A DNA stretch of 63,984 nt, filler included, from Bdellovibrionota bacterium (GTDB lineage Bacteria; Bdellovibrionota; Bdellovibrionia; Bdellovibrionales; JAEYZS01), in NCBI GenBank assembly GCA_963169515.1. It is 6 parts of 6 records of this genome, joined end to end, with 100 filler letters (N's around TTAATTAATTAA, not from the genome) between each part and the next. Parts side by side here need not be neighbours in the genome. Positions count along the whole stretch, not along the records: positions 1 to 24,837 come from CAUJEF010000062.1; positions 24,938 to 29,853 come from CAUJEF010000063.1; 4 more parts are not named here. The stretch is one strand, 5' to 3'. The first letter of the stretch is position 1. Each line of letters starts with the position of its first letter. The position numbers were made by a program, and so were the translations under genes. Shown piece by piece: positions 17,991 to 28,053 of the stretch. The notes under the pieces were generated by a model that made no database searches, was not told the origin of the DNA, and saw only the letters and a list, made by a program, of their open reading frames with translations.

Positions 17991-19625
17991 TTAGTGGGGT
18001 TGGGCGCGCTTCCAGAGGTAATAGTTATAGTCGCCTTCGTAGGTAAGCATTTGTTGGCGATCAATTTCAAATACGCGGGTGGCGAGGGCTTTTAAGAAAT
18101 AGCGATCGTGGCTTACCATAATGATTGTACCTTCGAATGATTTCAGTGCTTCCAGTAGTACTTCACGGGACCCGATATCCAAGTGGTTCGTTGGTTCGTC
18201 CAAAATTAAAAGATTTACGGGGTTGGCTAAAATTGTTGCCAGCAGCAGTCGGCTCTTTTCACCGCCTGAAAGCACTGAAACTTTCTTGTCTGATTCATCG
18301 CCCGAAAATTTAAAGGCCCCCAAAAGCGATTTAATGGTTCCAACGGACGCTTTCGGTATTCGAGACTCAACCTCTTGAAACACTGTAAGGCTCGGATCCA
18401 ATACGTCCAGGGAATTTTGGCTAAAATAGCCCACATGGATGTTGGACCCTATAGTTAGCTTCCCGGACGTGGGCTCTGTGTGGCCGGCAATCATTTTCAA
18501 GAATGTTGATTTGCCGGCACCGTTGACGCCAACAACCGCAATTTTATCCATACGTCGAACCAGGCCACTGGCGTTTCCAAAGACAAATTTTTCTGTTCCA
18601 TCTTCTTTTTTCCAAATCTTTGTGACAGTTTGGAATTTAACAGCCTCGTCACCAGATCGGGGAGCTTTTGCAAATTGAAATGTGATCGACTGTTCTTCTG
18701 GGGGAAGTTCAATTTTGTCGATTTTATCCAATTTTTTTACTCGTGACTGAACTTGGGCGGCGTGTGAAGCTCGAGCCGCAAATCGTGCTATAAACTCTTC
18801 TTCTTTGGCCATCATTTCTTGTTGACGTTTAAATGCGGCCACTAAGTTTCGATTTCGAATTTCCCGTTCTTTTTCGTAAAAATCGTAATTGCCAGTGAAT
18901 GACGTGATTTTTTGATTTGCGATTTCAATTATTTTTGTCACAATTCGGTTCATAAATTCGCGATCATGGCTTGTCATCAGAAGTGCGCCTTTATAATTTT
19001 TTATCCATTCTTCAAGCCAAATAATGGATTCCACGTCCAAATGGTTTGTCGGTTCGTCCATCAGCAAGACGTCGGGGTTCAGGGTTAGAATCTTTGCCAA
19101 TTGAATTCGCATTTTCCAACCACCACTGAATGTTTCAGTCATACGGTTGTAATCGTCGGGGCCGATACCTAATCCTGTCAAATTTGTTTGTGCGCGAGTT
19201 TCAAGGTCGTAGCCCCCCATCTGTTCAAATTTTGTTTGCAAATCACCATAATTTTCTAAGAGCTTTGCCATGGCATCGTCTGAAAGCGGATTGACGGCGC
19301 TGTCTTCCAGAAGCTTTTCGATGCGCTTTAGCTCGTTGGCAATTTTATTAATGCGGGGGTTGGTCTCCATGACCTCTTGCAAGGCACTTTTCCCCGACAT
19401 TTCAGCGACGTCTTGAGAGAAATAGCCGATCGTTAGCTTATCTGAAATATTTCGAAGACCTTCGTCTAACTTTGTTTCGCCTGTTATAATCCGAAAAATG
19501 GTGGTTTTTCCAGCGCCATTGGGTCCGACCAATCCAATTTTTTCTGTCGGATTAATTTGCAAATCGCCGTTTGTAAAAAGCGTTCGCGACCCCGCCTGTT
19601 TGGTCATATTAATCAAATGAATCAT
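17991..19625 (-). CDS. ABC-F family ATP-binding protein
   Basis: Two ABC domains (GPNGAGKT/FSGGW/DEPTNHLD; GVNGAGKS/LSGGEK/DEPTNHLD), no TM segments. Confidence 0.95.
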   Translation of the reverse strand: MIHLINMTKQAGSRTLFTNGDLQINPTEKIGLVGPNGAGKTTIFRIITGETKLDEGLRNISDKLTIGYFSQDVAEMSGKSALQEVMETNPRINKIANELKRIEKLLEDSAVNPLSDDAMAKLLENYGDLQTKFEQMGGYDLETRAQTNLTGLGIGPDDYNRMTETFSGGWKMRIQLAKILTLNPDVLLMDEPTNHLDVESIIWLEEWIKNYKGALLMTSHDREFMNRIVTKIIEIANQKITSFTGNYDFYEKEREIRNRNLVAAFKRQQEMMAKEEEFIARFAARASHAAQVQSRVKKLDKIDKIELPPEEQSITFQFAKAPRSGDEAVKFQTVTKIWKKEDGTEKFVFGNASGLVRRMDKIAVVGVNGAGKSTFLKMIAGHTEPTSGKLTIGSNIHVGYFSQNSLDVLDPSLTVFQEVESRIPKASVGTIKSLLGAFKFSGDESDKKVSVLSGGEKSRLLLATILANPVNLLILDEPTNHLDIGSREVLLEALKSFEGTIIMVSHDRYFLKALATRVFEIDRQQMLTYEGDYNYYLWKRAQPH

Positions 19626-19690
19626 AGAACGGACGATCCTAGGGCAAATCGGGAAAAATTGCAATTGTTCCGGGGTTTGAAGTTACATAT

Positions 19691-19721
19691 AAAAAACGAG
19701 GACCCAAAAGGATCCTCGTTT
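19691..19721 (-). terminator. Rho-independent terminator
   Basis: AAACGAGGA/TCCTCGTTT stem with a U-tract on the minus strand, downstream of 19751..20074. Confidence 0.7.
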
Positions 19722-19750
19722 AAAGATTCCACTATTATAATTGGGCTTAC

Positions 19751-20074
19751 TTAAGCGCGTTGGCGTTTAAATGAGACCGTTAACGTAGGGATTTTCAATC
19801 TTGGGAAGACACGAGTCATTACCCATCCCGTCGCATACACGGCAAACGCAGCAATAAGCATATCGTATGTGGTACGAAGAGCTTCGTTGCTAGCAAAAAA
19901 TTTCGGCATATACGGGCTTAACCATCCGTTCAGATACGGCATACCGTATGCTGCGACGGCAATCAAAAGTGCGCCAAATACACGCGCTTCATTGCCTTTC
20001 ATTTTAAACGAATGGGTTAAACTGATATTTCCGAACGCTAATGCCCATACTCCAGCAAGAATTATAAGTGTCAT
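19751..20074 (-). CDS. Small membrane protein, hypothetical
   Basis: Three hydrophobic segments; AAGGGAGG RBS; followed by a terminator. Confidence 0.7.
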   Translation of the reverse strand: MTLIILAGVWALAFGNISLTHSFKMKGNEARVFGALLIAVAAYGMPYLNGWLSPYMPKFFASNEALRTTYDMLIAAFAVYATGWVMTRVFPRLKIPTLTVSFKRQRA

Positions 20075-20359
20075 AAAACCCTCCCTTGTAGAGTGTTAGT
20101 GGCACACTTATATATTGCAAGTGGGGAACCTGTCGTTTGGGTCTAAATCGCATTTAGGTGTATAACTTCTTTGACGCTGTTGTAATTGTGGTCAGTTTCT
20201 TTAATATTTTTGAGCATTTTTTTTCACGTAAAAAATTTTTCTGACATTCAAAAAATTTTTTAATTATCATAATGAGACATAAAGAATTAAGCCACTTTCC
20301 AAGATTTTTAAAAGCGTCAAGGCCCCGCTCACCTAATTGCAATTCATCGGCTTCCAATG

Positions 20360-21190
20360 CTAATGTGTAACAATGATCGGGACGCTCACTTTTTTTAAGA
20401 TTGAGGCAACCTCGCTTTTCGACAGAAATGAAGGCGTATTATGGTGTGTCATAACAAGCAGGTCGAATTTTTTTGATCGCTTGGCAATCTTTTGCCCAAC
20501 CTCTCCGTCAGAATAAACAATTGGTATGTTAGGATACTCTTTCAAAAGTCGCTTCAGGCCTCGTTCTGCTTTTTTCATATGCTTATTATTCATCTTTTTA
20601 TACGTACTGTAATCAAGTACTGGAAAGGGTTTTTGGTTAACGTAGAAAACTTCATAAGATGTTGGGTTTGCCAGTGATAGTTTTTTTACGATATTGATAG
20701 AGTGATTGGATTTCTTTGACAAATCGTGTGGAACGAGAACCTTATCTGGTTTGATTATCTTATTCCCTCTATGTATCCAAACTGGAATACGGCTTTTTAA
20801 AGCAAGTCCCTGTGCTGTGCTTCCAAAGAAAAACTCTGTGACTGCATTGTGTCCTTTGTATCCAACCATAATAAGCGATCGAGGAAAACGTTTAGCAATT
20901 TGTTGGATGAGGGACGAGGGACTTCCTCGATCTGCATAGATCTTGGCAGTAAGGTTTTTAATATCATAAAAGTCTTTAATGCGAGTCACATAAACGTCGC
21001 GGCTGATAATGTTGGGAATCATAAGGTAGGGTGCCGCGGTAGCATATTCAATTGGGTCGTGTATTGCGTGGACCAAAACGAGATTCGAACCCCACAGGTG
21101 ACAAAGTAAATCTGCTTGTTTCACAACAATTTTTGAATATGGCGAAAAATCTACGCCAACAACTATCGTTTTAAACGGTTTTTCCAACAT
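20360..21190 (-). CDS. Universal stress protein (tandem Usp domains)
   Basis: IVVGVDFSPYS, FFGSTA, second domain VLVPHDLSKKS. Confidence 0.88.
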   Translation of the reverse strand: MLEKPFKTIVVGVDFSPYSKIVVKQADLLCHLWGSNLVLVHAIHDPIEYATAAPYLMIPNIISRDVYVTRIKDFYDIKNLTAKIYADRGSPSSLIQQIAKRFPRSLIMVGYKGHNAVTEFFFGSTAQGLALKSRIPVWIHRGNKIIKPDKVLVPHDLSKKSNHSINIVKKLSLANPTSYEVFYVNQKPFPVLDYSTYKKMNNKHMKKAERGLKRLLKEYPNIPIVYSDGEVGQKIAKRSKKFDLLVMTHHNTPSFLSKSEVASILKKVSVPIIVTH

Positions 21191-21219
21191 GGCATCCTCC
21201 TAGATTTGAAATTAATTGA

Positions 21220-21234
21220 GCAATAAGCATACCT
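21220..21234 (-). promoter_or_regulatory. Putative sigma54 promoter
   Basis: AGGTATGCTTATTGC (GG-N10-GC) upstream of the usp gene. Confidence 0.5.
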
Positions 21235-21406
21235 AGATCGGAACCATTATAATTGTACTTACCTGAAGGGTTGGGTCGGTTTGGCACACTCCAAAACCAT
21301 CTTTTGCCAAAATGACTCGGCCCCAGAGGTTAAAGTGCGCTAATTTTTACATGAGATTGGAACATTGTTTGAAGAATCAGGAATTAGCTTTTCAGAAAGG
21401 CGTTTT

Positions 21407-21829
21407 ATGAAAAATGAAAGAAAGCCGTTTTTTAAATCTATCGTCGTGGGGGCTGACTTCTCCCGAAGGTCGAAGAAGGTCTTTACAAATGCACTTGAAT
21501 TGGCAAAACAATCTGGCGCGAAGGTTATTCTTGTCCACATTGTTGAGTATTTTTACTATGAAAAATACACAGCCTTGTCCCCGAGCTGGAAAGAGAAAAA
21601 AAATAAATTATTAAAAAGAATTTATAGATTTTATCGGCCGAGAATGGACGTGAAAATTATTGTGGATTTTGGTGATCCGGCAGAGGATCTTGTAAAAACA
21701 GCAAGAAAATTTCAAAAACCGATTATTTTAGTTGGACATTCTAATAAAGGCGCTTTCGACCGCGTGATGTTGGGTAGTGTGTCCCATAAGCTTGCGTCAA
21801 AATCTCCAGTCCCCGTTTGGATTCAATAA
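21407..21829 (+). CDS. Universal stress protein
   Basis: IVVGADFS, GDPAEDL, MLGSVSHKLASKSPVPV. Confidence 0.9.
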   Translation: MKNERKPFFKSIVVGADFSRRSKKVFTNALELAKQSGAKVILVHIVEYFYYEKYTALSPSWKEKKNKLLKRIYRFYRPRMDVKIIVDFGDPAEDLVKTARKFQKPIILVGHSNKGAFDRVMLGSVSHKLASKSPVPVWIQ

Positions 21830-22263
21830 TGAAGAAAAAAAAATTAAGAGCTTGCACTGGAATTTGGTTGGATCATTCGACAGCATATATTTTGAATATC
21901 TCTGACTCGCAGCCGCGCACGATAAAGCTTAGGTCTAGGGTTCCGAGTATTCGTAAAGCCACCGGCGGTTCTCGTAAAGCTCTCCCTTACGCATTTGATG
22001 GTGGCGGGGATGATCATAAATTAAAAAATAAAATTCAAAATGCAACAAAATCGTTTTTCCAAAAGATAGATGCGCATCTTGAAAAGGACAGCACTCTTCT
22101 GATTATGGGACCGGCGCTTGCAAAAAAAGAGTTTTTGAAATATTTGGAAAACAAGAGAAATTCACCAATGTATCTGGAAACGACATCCAGGTTAACTGAA
22201 CGACAGTTTCAAGCTAAAGTAAAAAACTTTTTCAAAGTTTCTTTAAAGGGACAATTCTTATGA
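21829..22263 (+). CDS. baeRF/host-attachment-like protein (eRF1 domain 2-like)
   Basis: GIWLDHSTAYI...LLIMGPALAKKEF...RLTERQF pattern. Confidence 0.6.
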   Translation: MKKKKLRACTGIWLDHSTAYILNISDSQPRTIKLRSRVPSIRKATGGSRKALPYAFDGGGDDHKLKNKIQNATKSFFQKIDAHLEKDSTLLIMGPALAKKEFLKYLENKRNSPMYLETTSRLTERQFQAKVKNFFKVSLKGQFL

Positions 22264-23318
22264 AGAAGATGAAAGCAGCTGTATTTGTTTCGCCTGGAAA
22301 AATTGCTTTACATGAAAAAGCTGTACCGGTGCCTGGGCCAGGTGAGGCGCTTGTGCGTGTCACCACAACAACTATCTGCGGCACAGATGTGCACATCTTA
22401 AAAGGAGAGTATCCTGTTAAGCCAGGCCTCACGATTGGTCACGAGCTTGTCGGCGTCGTTGATTCCTGTGGCCCAGGGATGACTGGATATCAACCGGGAC
22501 AGCGGGTGATTGTGGGTGCAATTACGCCATGCGGGCAATGTCACCCATGCCTTGACGGGCATCAAGCGCAGTGCGGTGGATATGCCATGGGGGGATGGAA
22601 ATTTGGAAATACGATTGATGGATGTCAAGCTGAGTATGTTCTGGTTCCAAATGCGATGGCAAACCTTGCGCTGGTTCCAGATAGCTTAACGGATGAACAA
22701 GTTCTAATGTGTCCTGATATTATGAGCACAGGGTTTGGAGGGGCTGAGAACGGCCATATTATGATCGGTGATAGTGTGGCTATCTTCGCTCAAGGTCCTA
22801 TAGGTCTATGTGCGACGGCGGGTGCAAAACTGAGGGGTGCTAGTCAAATTATAGCTGTCGATAGTATCGATAAGCGTCTTGAGGTTTCAAAACAGCTGGG
22901 TGCTACTGTAACAATTAATTTCAAAAAAGAGGATCCCATTAATGTGATCAAGGACCTCACACGGGGGCGAGGTGTTGACGTGGCAGTTGAAGCTCTAGGA
23001 ACCCAAGAGACCTTTGAGTCTTGTCTTCGGGCTATCAAGCCTGGAGGTACGCTATCGAGTTTGGGGGTTTATTCAGGTAAGCTCACGATGCCCTTGGATG
23101 CTTTTGCAGCAGGGTTGGGGGATCACAAGATTGTAACTACATTATGCCCTGGTGGAAAAGAACGTATGCGCCGCTTGATGAACGTCGTTGAATCTGGCGC
23201 AGTTGATCTGCGTTCTTTTGTGACACATCATTTTACGCTGGATGAAATTGAAAACGCGTATGAGTTGTTTGCTAATCAGTGCGATGGAGTCATCAAAGTT
23301 GCAATCAAAGTATCATAA
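22260..23318 (+). CDS. Zinc-dependent alcohol dehydrogenase
   Basis: ICGTDVH, GHELVG, CGQCHPC...C, AQGPIGL. Confidence 0.95.
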   Translation: MKKMKAAVFVSPGKIALHEKAVPVPGPGEALVRVTTTTICGTDVHILKGEYPVKPGLTIGHELVGVVDSCGPGMTGYQPGQRVIVGAITPCGQCHPCLDGHQAQCGGYAMGGWKFGNTIDGCQAEYVLVPNAMANLALVPDSLTDEQVLMCPDIMSTGFGGAENGHIMIGDSVAIFAQGPIGLCATAGAKLRGASQIIAVDSIDKRLEVSKQLGATVTINFKKEDPINVIKDLTRGRGVDVAVEALGTQETFESCLRAIKPGGTLSSLGVYSGKLTMPLDAFAAGLGDHKIVTTLCPGGKERMRRLMNVVESGAVDLRSFVTHHFTLDEIENAYELFANQCDGVIKVAIKVS

Positions 23319-24050
23319 ATGCAGCGTAAAATTAAAGTTCTAACACTAAATATTCATAAGGGAATTTCATTCGCGACCCGAAAATTTACATTAGAAAAAT
23401 TAAGAACAAACATTCGTAGTGTCAATGCAGATTTGGTTTGTTTGCAAGAAGTTGTGGGGCAATACCCGAACCTTGTAAGGGAGTCTCAGTTTGAGTTTTT
23501 GGCAGATCAGATTTGGAATCACTATGCGTATGGAAAAAATGCGATATACAGTAACGGCCATCATGGTAACGCAATTTTGAGTCGATTCCCATTTATACAT
23601 CAAGAGAATGTGGACATTTCGAACCATCGCCTAGAGCGCCGAGGAATTTTGCATGGTGTGGTGACTGTACCAGAATGGGGTGGGATTCATTTGCATATTA
23701 TGACGCTACATCTTGATTTGTCATCATGGGGGCGAAAATGTCAGCTCGACAAGCTGTGCCGTTTGATTCAGAAAAATATTCCTCCAAACGAGCCGTTGAT
23801 TGTTTGTGGTGATTTCAATGATTGGCGGGAGTATGCAAGCACACTGTTGCATAATAAAGTAGGCTTAACAGAAGCATATCTATCGCAGACGGGGCGTCAC
23901 GCCAACACATTCCCTGCCTATATGCCAGTCCTAAAGTTAGACCGCCTATACGTGCGTGGCTTCGAAGTCGAAAATGTTTCACGTTTGGATTCTCGTCCCT
24001 GGCATGAGTTATCAGATCATCTGGCTTTGTTTGCTGAGCTGAAATTTTAA
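23319..24050 (+). CDS. Endonuclease/exonuclease/phosphatase family protein (YbhP-like)
   Basis: LNIHKG, CLQEV, GNAILSR, GDFNDW, LDRLY, LSDH. Confidence 0.92.
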   Translation: MQRKIKVLTLNIHKGISFATRKFTLEKLRTNIRSVNADLVCLQEVVGQYPNLVRESQFEFLADQIWNHYAYGKNAIYSNGHHGNAILSRFPFIHQENVDISNHRLERRGILHGVVTVPEWGGIHLHIMTLHLDLSSWGRKCQLDKLCRLIQKNIPPNEPLIVCGDFNDWREYASTLLHNKVGLTEAYLSQTGRHANTFPAYMPVLKLDRLYVRGFEVENVSRLDSRPWHELSDHLALFAELKF

Positions 24051-24208
24051 AGTCTAGTACTCTCTAAATCACCATGACAATTTGTCTTTGATAGATTTTT
24101 GACGAGACAACCTGTCCCGCTTCCAGCTCTAAGCTTGATTAGGTTCGATTTGGCAGTGGCAAAGATTTTGGATAGCAATAAGTATTACCTTTTAATCGGA
24201 GGATAGAA

Positions 24209-24613
24209 ATGAAAGCAATTCCGCAAATCCAAAAATACATGACTTATCAGCCTCATACCATCGGCAACGACCAGACGTTAGAGCGTGCCTTCAATATTAT
24301 GCGGGAATATCAAATTCGTCATTTACCAGTATTAAAAGGTGGCCGTTTGATCGGAATACTGTCTGATCGGGATATTAAACTTGTAATGAGCTTTGATCTG
24401 CCCAAAAGTGGAAAATTCACGGTGGAAGAAGCCTGTACTTTTGATCCTTATACGACGACACCCAATGCACCTCTGAATGAAGTGGTCGCATTGATGGCTG
24501 AAAAAAAATATGGATCAGCCGTCATCATGGATAATGGCAAAGTTGTTGGCATTTTCACGGAGGTAGATGCTATGAGGGCGCTTGCCGAATTATTAGAAAC
24601 ACGACTGAGATAG
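24209..24613 (+). CDS. CBS domain pair protein
   Basis: IRHLPV, GILSDRD, GIFTEVD. Confidence 0.9.
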   Translation: MKAIPQIQKYMTYQPHTIGNDQTLERAFNIMREYQIRHLPVLKGGRLIGILSDRDIKLVMSFDLPKSGKFTVEEACTFDPYTTTPNAPLNEVVALMAEKKYGSAVIMDNGKVVGIFTEVDAMRALAELLETRLR

Positions 24614-24635
24614 CTCCGAATCACCGGAGTAGCGT

Positions 24636-24837
24636 ATGAAGCTCAAATTTTTTGGCGCGGCAGGGACGGTGACAGGCAGTCGCACTCTACTCACTCATCG
24701 CGGGTATAATATTCTTATTGATTGCGGTTTATTTCAGGGACCCAAGGCACTTCGTCAGCGTAATTGGAACCCCTTTATGGAGAGCTTTTCCCAAATTGAC
24801 GCTGTTATATTAACTCATGCTCATCTGGATCATACAG
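24636..24837 (+). CDS. MBL-fold metallo-hydrolase (beta-CASP RNase-like), partial at contig end
   Basis: FFGAAGTVTGS, LIDCGLFQG, LTHAHLDH. Confidence 0.9.
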
Positions 24838-24937
24838 NNNNNNNNNNNNNNNNNNNNNNNNNNNNNNNNNNNNNNNNNNNNTTAATTAATTAANNNNNNN
24901 NNNNNNNNNNNNNNNNNNNNNNNNNNNNNNNNNNNNN
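24838..24937. other. Artificial contig spacer
   Basis: N44-TTAATTAATTAA-N44 (stops in six frames). Confidence 0.99.
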
Positions 24938-24966
24938 TTCGAAAATTTTTACATTCCAAATGGATT

Positions 24967-25926
24967 TTGAATTTTGATGCCTACTCTAGTGGTGAGCAGT
25001 TAGCGCTTATTCGTGAATACATGGATCAGTTTTTTTTGCGATTCGGGGCTGATTCGCTTGGCAGGCTTCAAGAACAAGATCTAAGAACTGCGCTTAAGCT
25101 GCACGGATTTTCATGTGATGAATGTACGACGGCAACCGAGGCATTAGAACGGTTAAGCGCAACAAACCTCGCCCGTGTACTTAATGAAACGAATTCCATT
25201 CGAAGCATTCCGCAAAGCTCCGAAGGAAATAGAATACGGGATATGGTTAAAAAAATTGAATTACGGTTTCGTCATCACGGTAACAACAGTCAGGATTCTG
25301 TTACTGTCCCTCTTTTGAGCGCGGGACAATTGGAAAATATGGGGCTTATGAAGTGGGCATTAAATCTACACCCATTTAATGTGAATTTGGGCGCCCCACA
25401 CAGCGTGTTTTTCATACCTTTTTTTATTCATGTCGATCGCGGGGTAAGATACAAATCTGCAGTTTACGGGCGGAAGATGCTGGTGCCATCACGCAACTAT
25501 ATGTTGGAACACGGTTGGGTATCCGCGTTTATCATGTATTCCGACGAGCTTAAGCTAGCTGCAAAGTACACAAATCCAGAGATCGCTCTTACATTGACTG
25601 ACAATGATAATTTCTCCCAAAAAGCTATTCAGGCTCGAGAAAGTTTGCACAAATTGGATTTCACGGCTCGGGACTATGAAACGCTTGTTCGAAAAATACT
25701 TTCATCGAGCTTATTGGATTTGTTGGAAAATAATCCCTATCGGTACAAAGACGTAATGCAAGAGCTCGAACGAGGAGATAATCTCGAATCGCATATTCGA
25801 AAGCTCGTTATCCTTAAAATCTTCCCTGATGACAAAGGTAATTTCCAAAATGGTTTGCGATTTGAAGGAAAAATTCCAACGGCCGGGCCTCGGGATCAGA
25901 TTTTATCGATCCGTCGGGATCAGTAG
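24967..25926 (+). CDS. Hypothetical protein, probably 5'-partial
   Basis: 319-aa ORF starting at the contig edge. Confidence 0.65.
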   Translation: MNFDAYSSGEQLALIREYMDQFFLRFGADSLGRLQEQDLRTALKLHGFSCDECTTATEALERLSATNLARVLNETNSIRSIPQSSEGNRIRDMVKKIELRFRHHGNNSQDSVTVPLLSAGQLENMGLMKWALNLHPFNVNLGAPHSVFFIPFFIHVDRGVRYKSAVYGRKMLVPSRNYMLEHGWVSAFIMYSDELKLAAKYTNPEIALTLTDNDNFSQKAIQARESLHKLDFTARDYETLVRKILSSSLLDLLENNPYRYKDVMQELERGDNLESHIRKLVILKIFPDDKGNFQNGLRFEGKIPTAGPRDQILSIRRDQ

Positions 25927-25929
25927 ATT

Positions 25930-26373
25930 TTATTGAAGCTGAATAGCTAGTTTTGCTTTTCTTATTGTACTAACGGCCTGGGCTTGACTGATATTGCCAT
26001 GGGCGAGCTTTTGGCAGAGTTCAAATTCCAGTGGATCTGTAATTTCGTATATAGATTTGTGCTGTGGCCATAGATTGTCAGTGCGGTTGCTGCCACCCAT
26101 GCAAAGCGGGATGAAGTGATCAATTTTAAAATCTGGTCGTGCAGCTAAGATACTAAAATTAAATTCATGTTCGTATGTTTCAATGACATCAATTTTAGTT
26201 TGGGCTGAGACATTTCGGTTACAGTATGCGATTTTTTCTGGATAACGAAGTTCGTCTGGATTTTGACAAAGAGAACCGGGGGTTAAATTAGGGGCAGGAT
26301 GCATTGGAAAGGTTGTATTTGACCAGCTAGTACAAGAAATAACTAAAGAAAGTAAGAAAGCCGATACTTTCAT
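25930..26373 (-). CDS. Secreted HNH-like protein
   Basis: Signal peptide; IDHFIPLCMGGSNRTDNLWPQ HNH-type motif. Confidence 0.7.
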   Translation of the reverse strand: MKVSAFLLSLVISCTSWSNTTFPMHPAPNLTPGSLCQNPDELRYPEKIAYCNRNVSAQTKIDVIETYEHEFNFSILAARPDFKIDHFIPLCMGGSNRTDNLWPQHKSIYEITDPLEFELCQKLAHGNISQAQAVSTIRKAKLAIQLQ

Positions 26374-26493
26374 TCCCCGTTCCCCCTGTTTTATAGAAGT
26401 GGAATTTGAAGTACTTTTATTTAATTTGCAAATAAATTTTGCCCACTTTTATTACAGCCTTTTCAGATGACGCAGCTTTTCAAAAAAACTGAG

Positions 26494-27954
26494 TCAATTT
26501 GTTGTCGTACTTGGCGCATCTGAAACTGTGCGCGGAGCTGATCGAACTGTGGGTGAGGAACGGTTTATCTGGGCACCAACAGGTCTTCGACGTGGAAGAG
26601 AAAATGTAAACGTGCTCCCGGCGCCTAGTCTGCTTTCAGCTTTGACGGTTCCGCCGTGGGCTTCGACAATTGTTTTCACAATTGCAAGGCCAATTCCGGC
26701 ACCGCTATTGGCAGTGGCAGGCGCTTGCCAAAAGGTACTGAAAATTGTTTTCAGTTTGTCTTCCGGAATGCCGGGACCGTTATCTTCGACAGAAATGTAA
26801 ATAAACTGCTGGTCGCTTCGGACTTTCACCATGACTTTGCCGTTTTTAGGGCTGAATTTAATAGCGTTACCCACTAGGTTTGAAAGAACTCGTATAACTC
26901 GTTCACGATCAAAAAAGCCAAGCATATGGGGATTTCCGGAATCAAATAATAATCGTACATCGCGCTGTTTTGCATAGGTCTGCCACATCAGTCGGGTGTC
27001 GTCCAGAACAACGTCGATTCCCAGTTGATCGAGCCGAAGGGCGATGTTTCCCATGTCCGATTTCGCTTGATCGTAAATATTTTTTAAAGAATTTTCGATG
27101 TTGATTACGGAGTTTGTAATGGTTTCGGTATTACCACTGGTTTCCAAAGCATCTTTAATTGTATCAAGGGGCTCTTTCATGTCGTTAGCAATTGCGGCGA
27201 TGATTTCATCTCGGGCTTGAGTTGCTTTCTGAGCTTCCCTATAAAGCCGATCCCGCTCAGCGATTTGAAGTGTTCGTTGATTTAATAGACGTAAAATCAA
27301 AACAATTAAGCTTAAAAATAAAATGGAAAGCGCTGCTATAAAATACAATATGCTTCGTGGGATCAAAACATTGGGAACAAATGAAGCTTCTGAGGCGCGG
27401 GTATTTGCTTGGGTCCGAATTTTATCAACTTCAGCGTTTTGAATGTCTTCAATTTTATCAAGCGCTTGGCTTATGCTTACTCCAATAGGTCTTGTTTTTG
27501 CTTGATAAAATTGGCCAACGATTTTTGATTCTGTATGTGCCTCGCGGTGTTTTACGGCTTGGTCGAAAATGTCCTGTTCTTGCTGAATTGACACATTGAT
27601 GTTTGCAATAAGCTCAGAAATTTGGGGTAGATTATATTGTTTTTCAAATGCCGTCAGGGCCTTGGCAAAGCTGTCTTTGTCCTTTTTTTGCTCGTCAAAA
27701 AGATTTGATAATCCTAATAAAAAATAAGATCGACTGTTGGCAAACAGCGAATCTTTGATGTTGCGGATTTTTTGAATTTGAACCAGGGGGCTAGTATCAA
27801 TTTGCGTAACCGAATTTGTAACCAGAATTGTATTCCGCAAATGGATCGAATACGCCCACGCAGACCCAATCACGGCAACAAACAGCAGTGAAAGGAAAAT
27901 CAATATTTTATGTTCGGAGGCACAAGACCTTTTTGTTGAATTATTTTTTGTCAT
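26494..27954 (-). CDS. Membrane sensor histidine kinase-like protein lacking the canonical phospho-His
   Basis: Two TM helices; intact NLVGNAIKFS, DNGPGI, GAGIGL; H-box reads AIANDMKEPL. Confidence 0.85.
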   Translation of the reverse strand: MTKNNSTKRSCASEHKILIFLSLLFVAVIGSAWAYSIHLRNTILVTNSVTQIDTSPLVQIQKIRNIKDSLFANSRSYFLLGLSNLFDEQKKDKDSFAKALTAFEKQYNLPQISELIANINVSIQQEQDIFDQAVKHREAHTESKIVGQFYQAKTRPIGVSISQALDKIEDIQNAEVDKIRTQANTRASEASFVPNVLIPRSILYFIAALSILFLSLIVLILRLLNQRTLQIAERDRLYREAQKATQARDEIIAAIANDMKEPLDTIKDALETSGNTETITNSVINIENSLKNIYDQAKSDMGNIALRLDQLGIDVVLDDTRLMWQTYAKQRDVRLLFDSGNPHMLGFFDRERVIRVLSNLVGNAIKFSPKNGKVMVKVRSDQQFIYISVEDNGPGIPEDKLKTIFSTFWQAPATANSGAGIGLAIVKTIVEAHGGTVKAESRLGAGSTFTFSLPRRRPVGAQINRSSPTVRSAPRTVSDAPSTTTN

Positions 27955-28053
27955 TGTTAAACGATATTAATAGGTGCTTTGATTAAGCAACTAAAAAACG
28001 CTTTTACGTTGTGCAGGTCCCCAAAATGCAATTAAAAAATTTTAATTTTTGGC

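Noticed and set aside
20154..20357. 67-aa ORF in AT-rich DNA
   Set aside because: Low-complexity A/T tracts, TTG start and no RBS; more likely the regulatory region of 19751..20074
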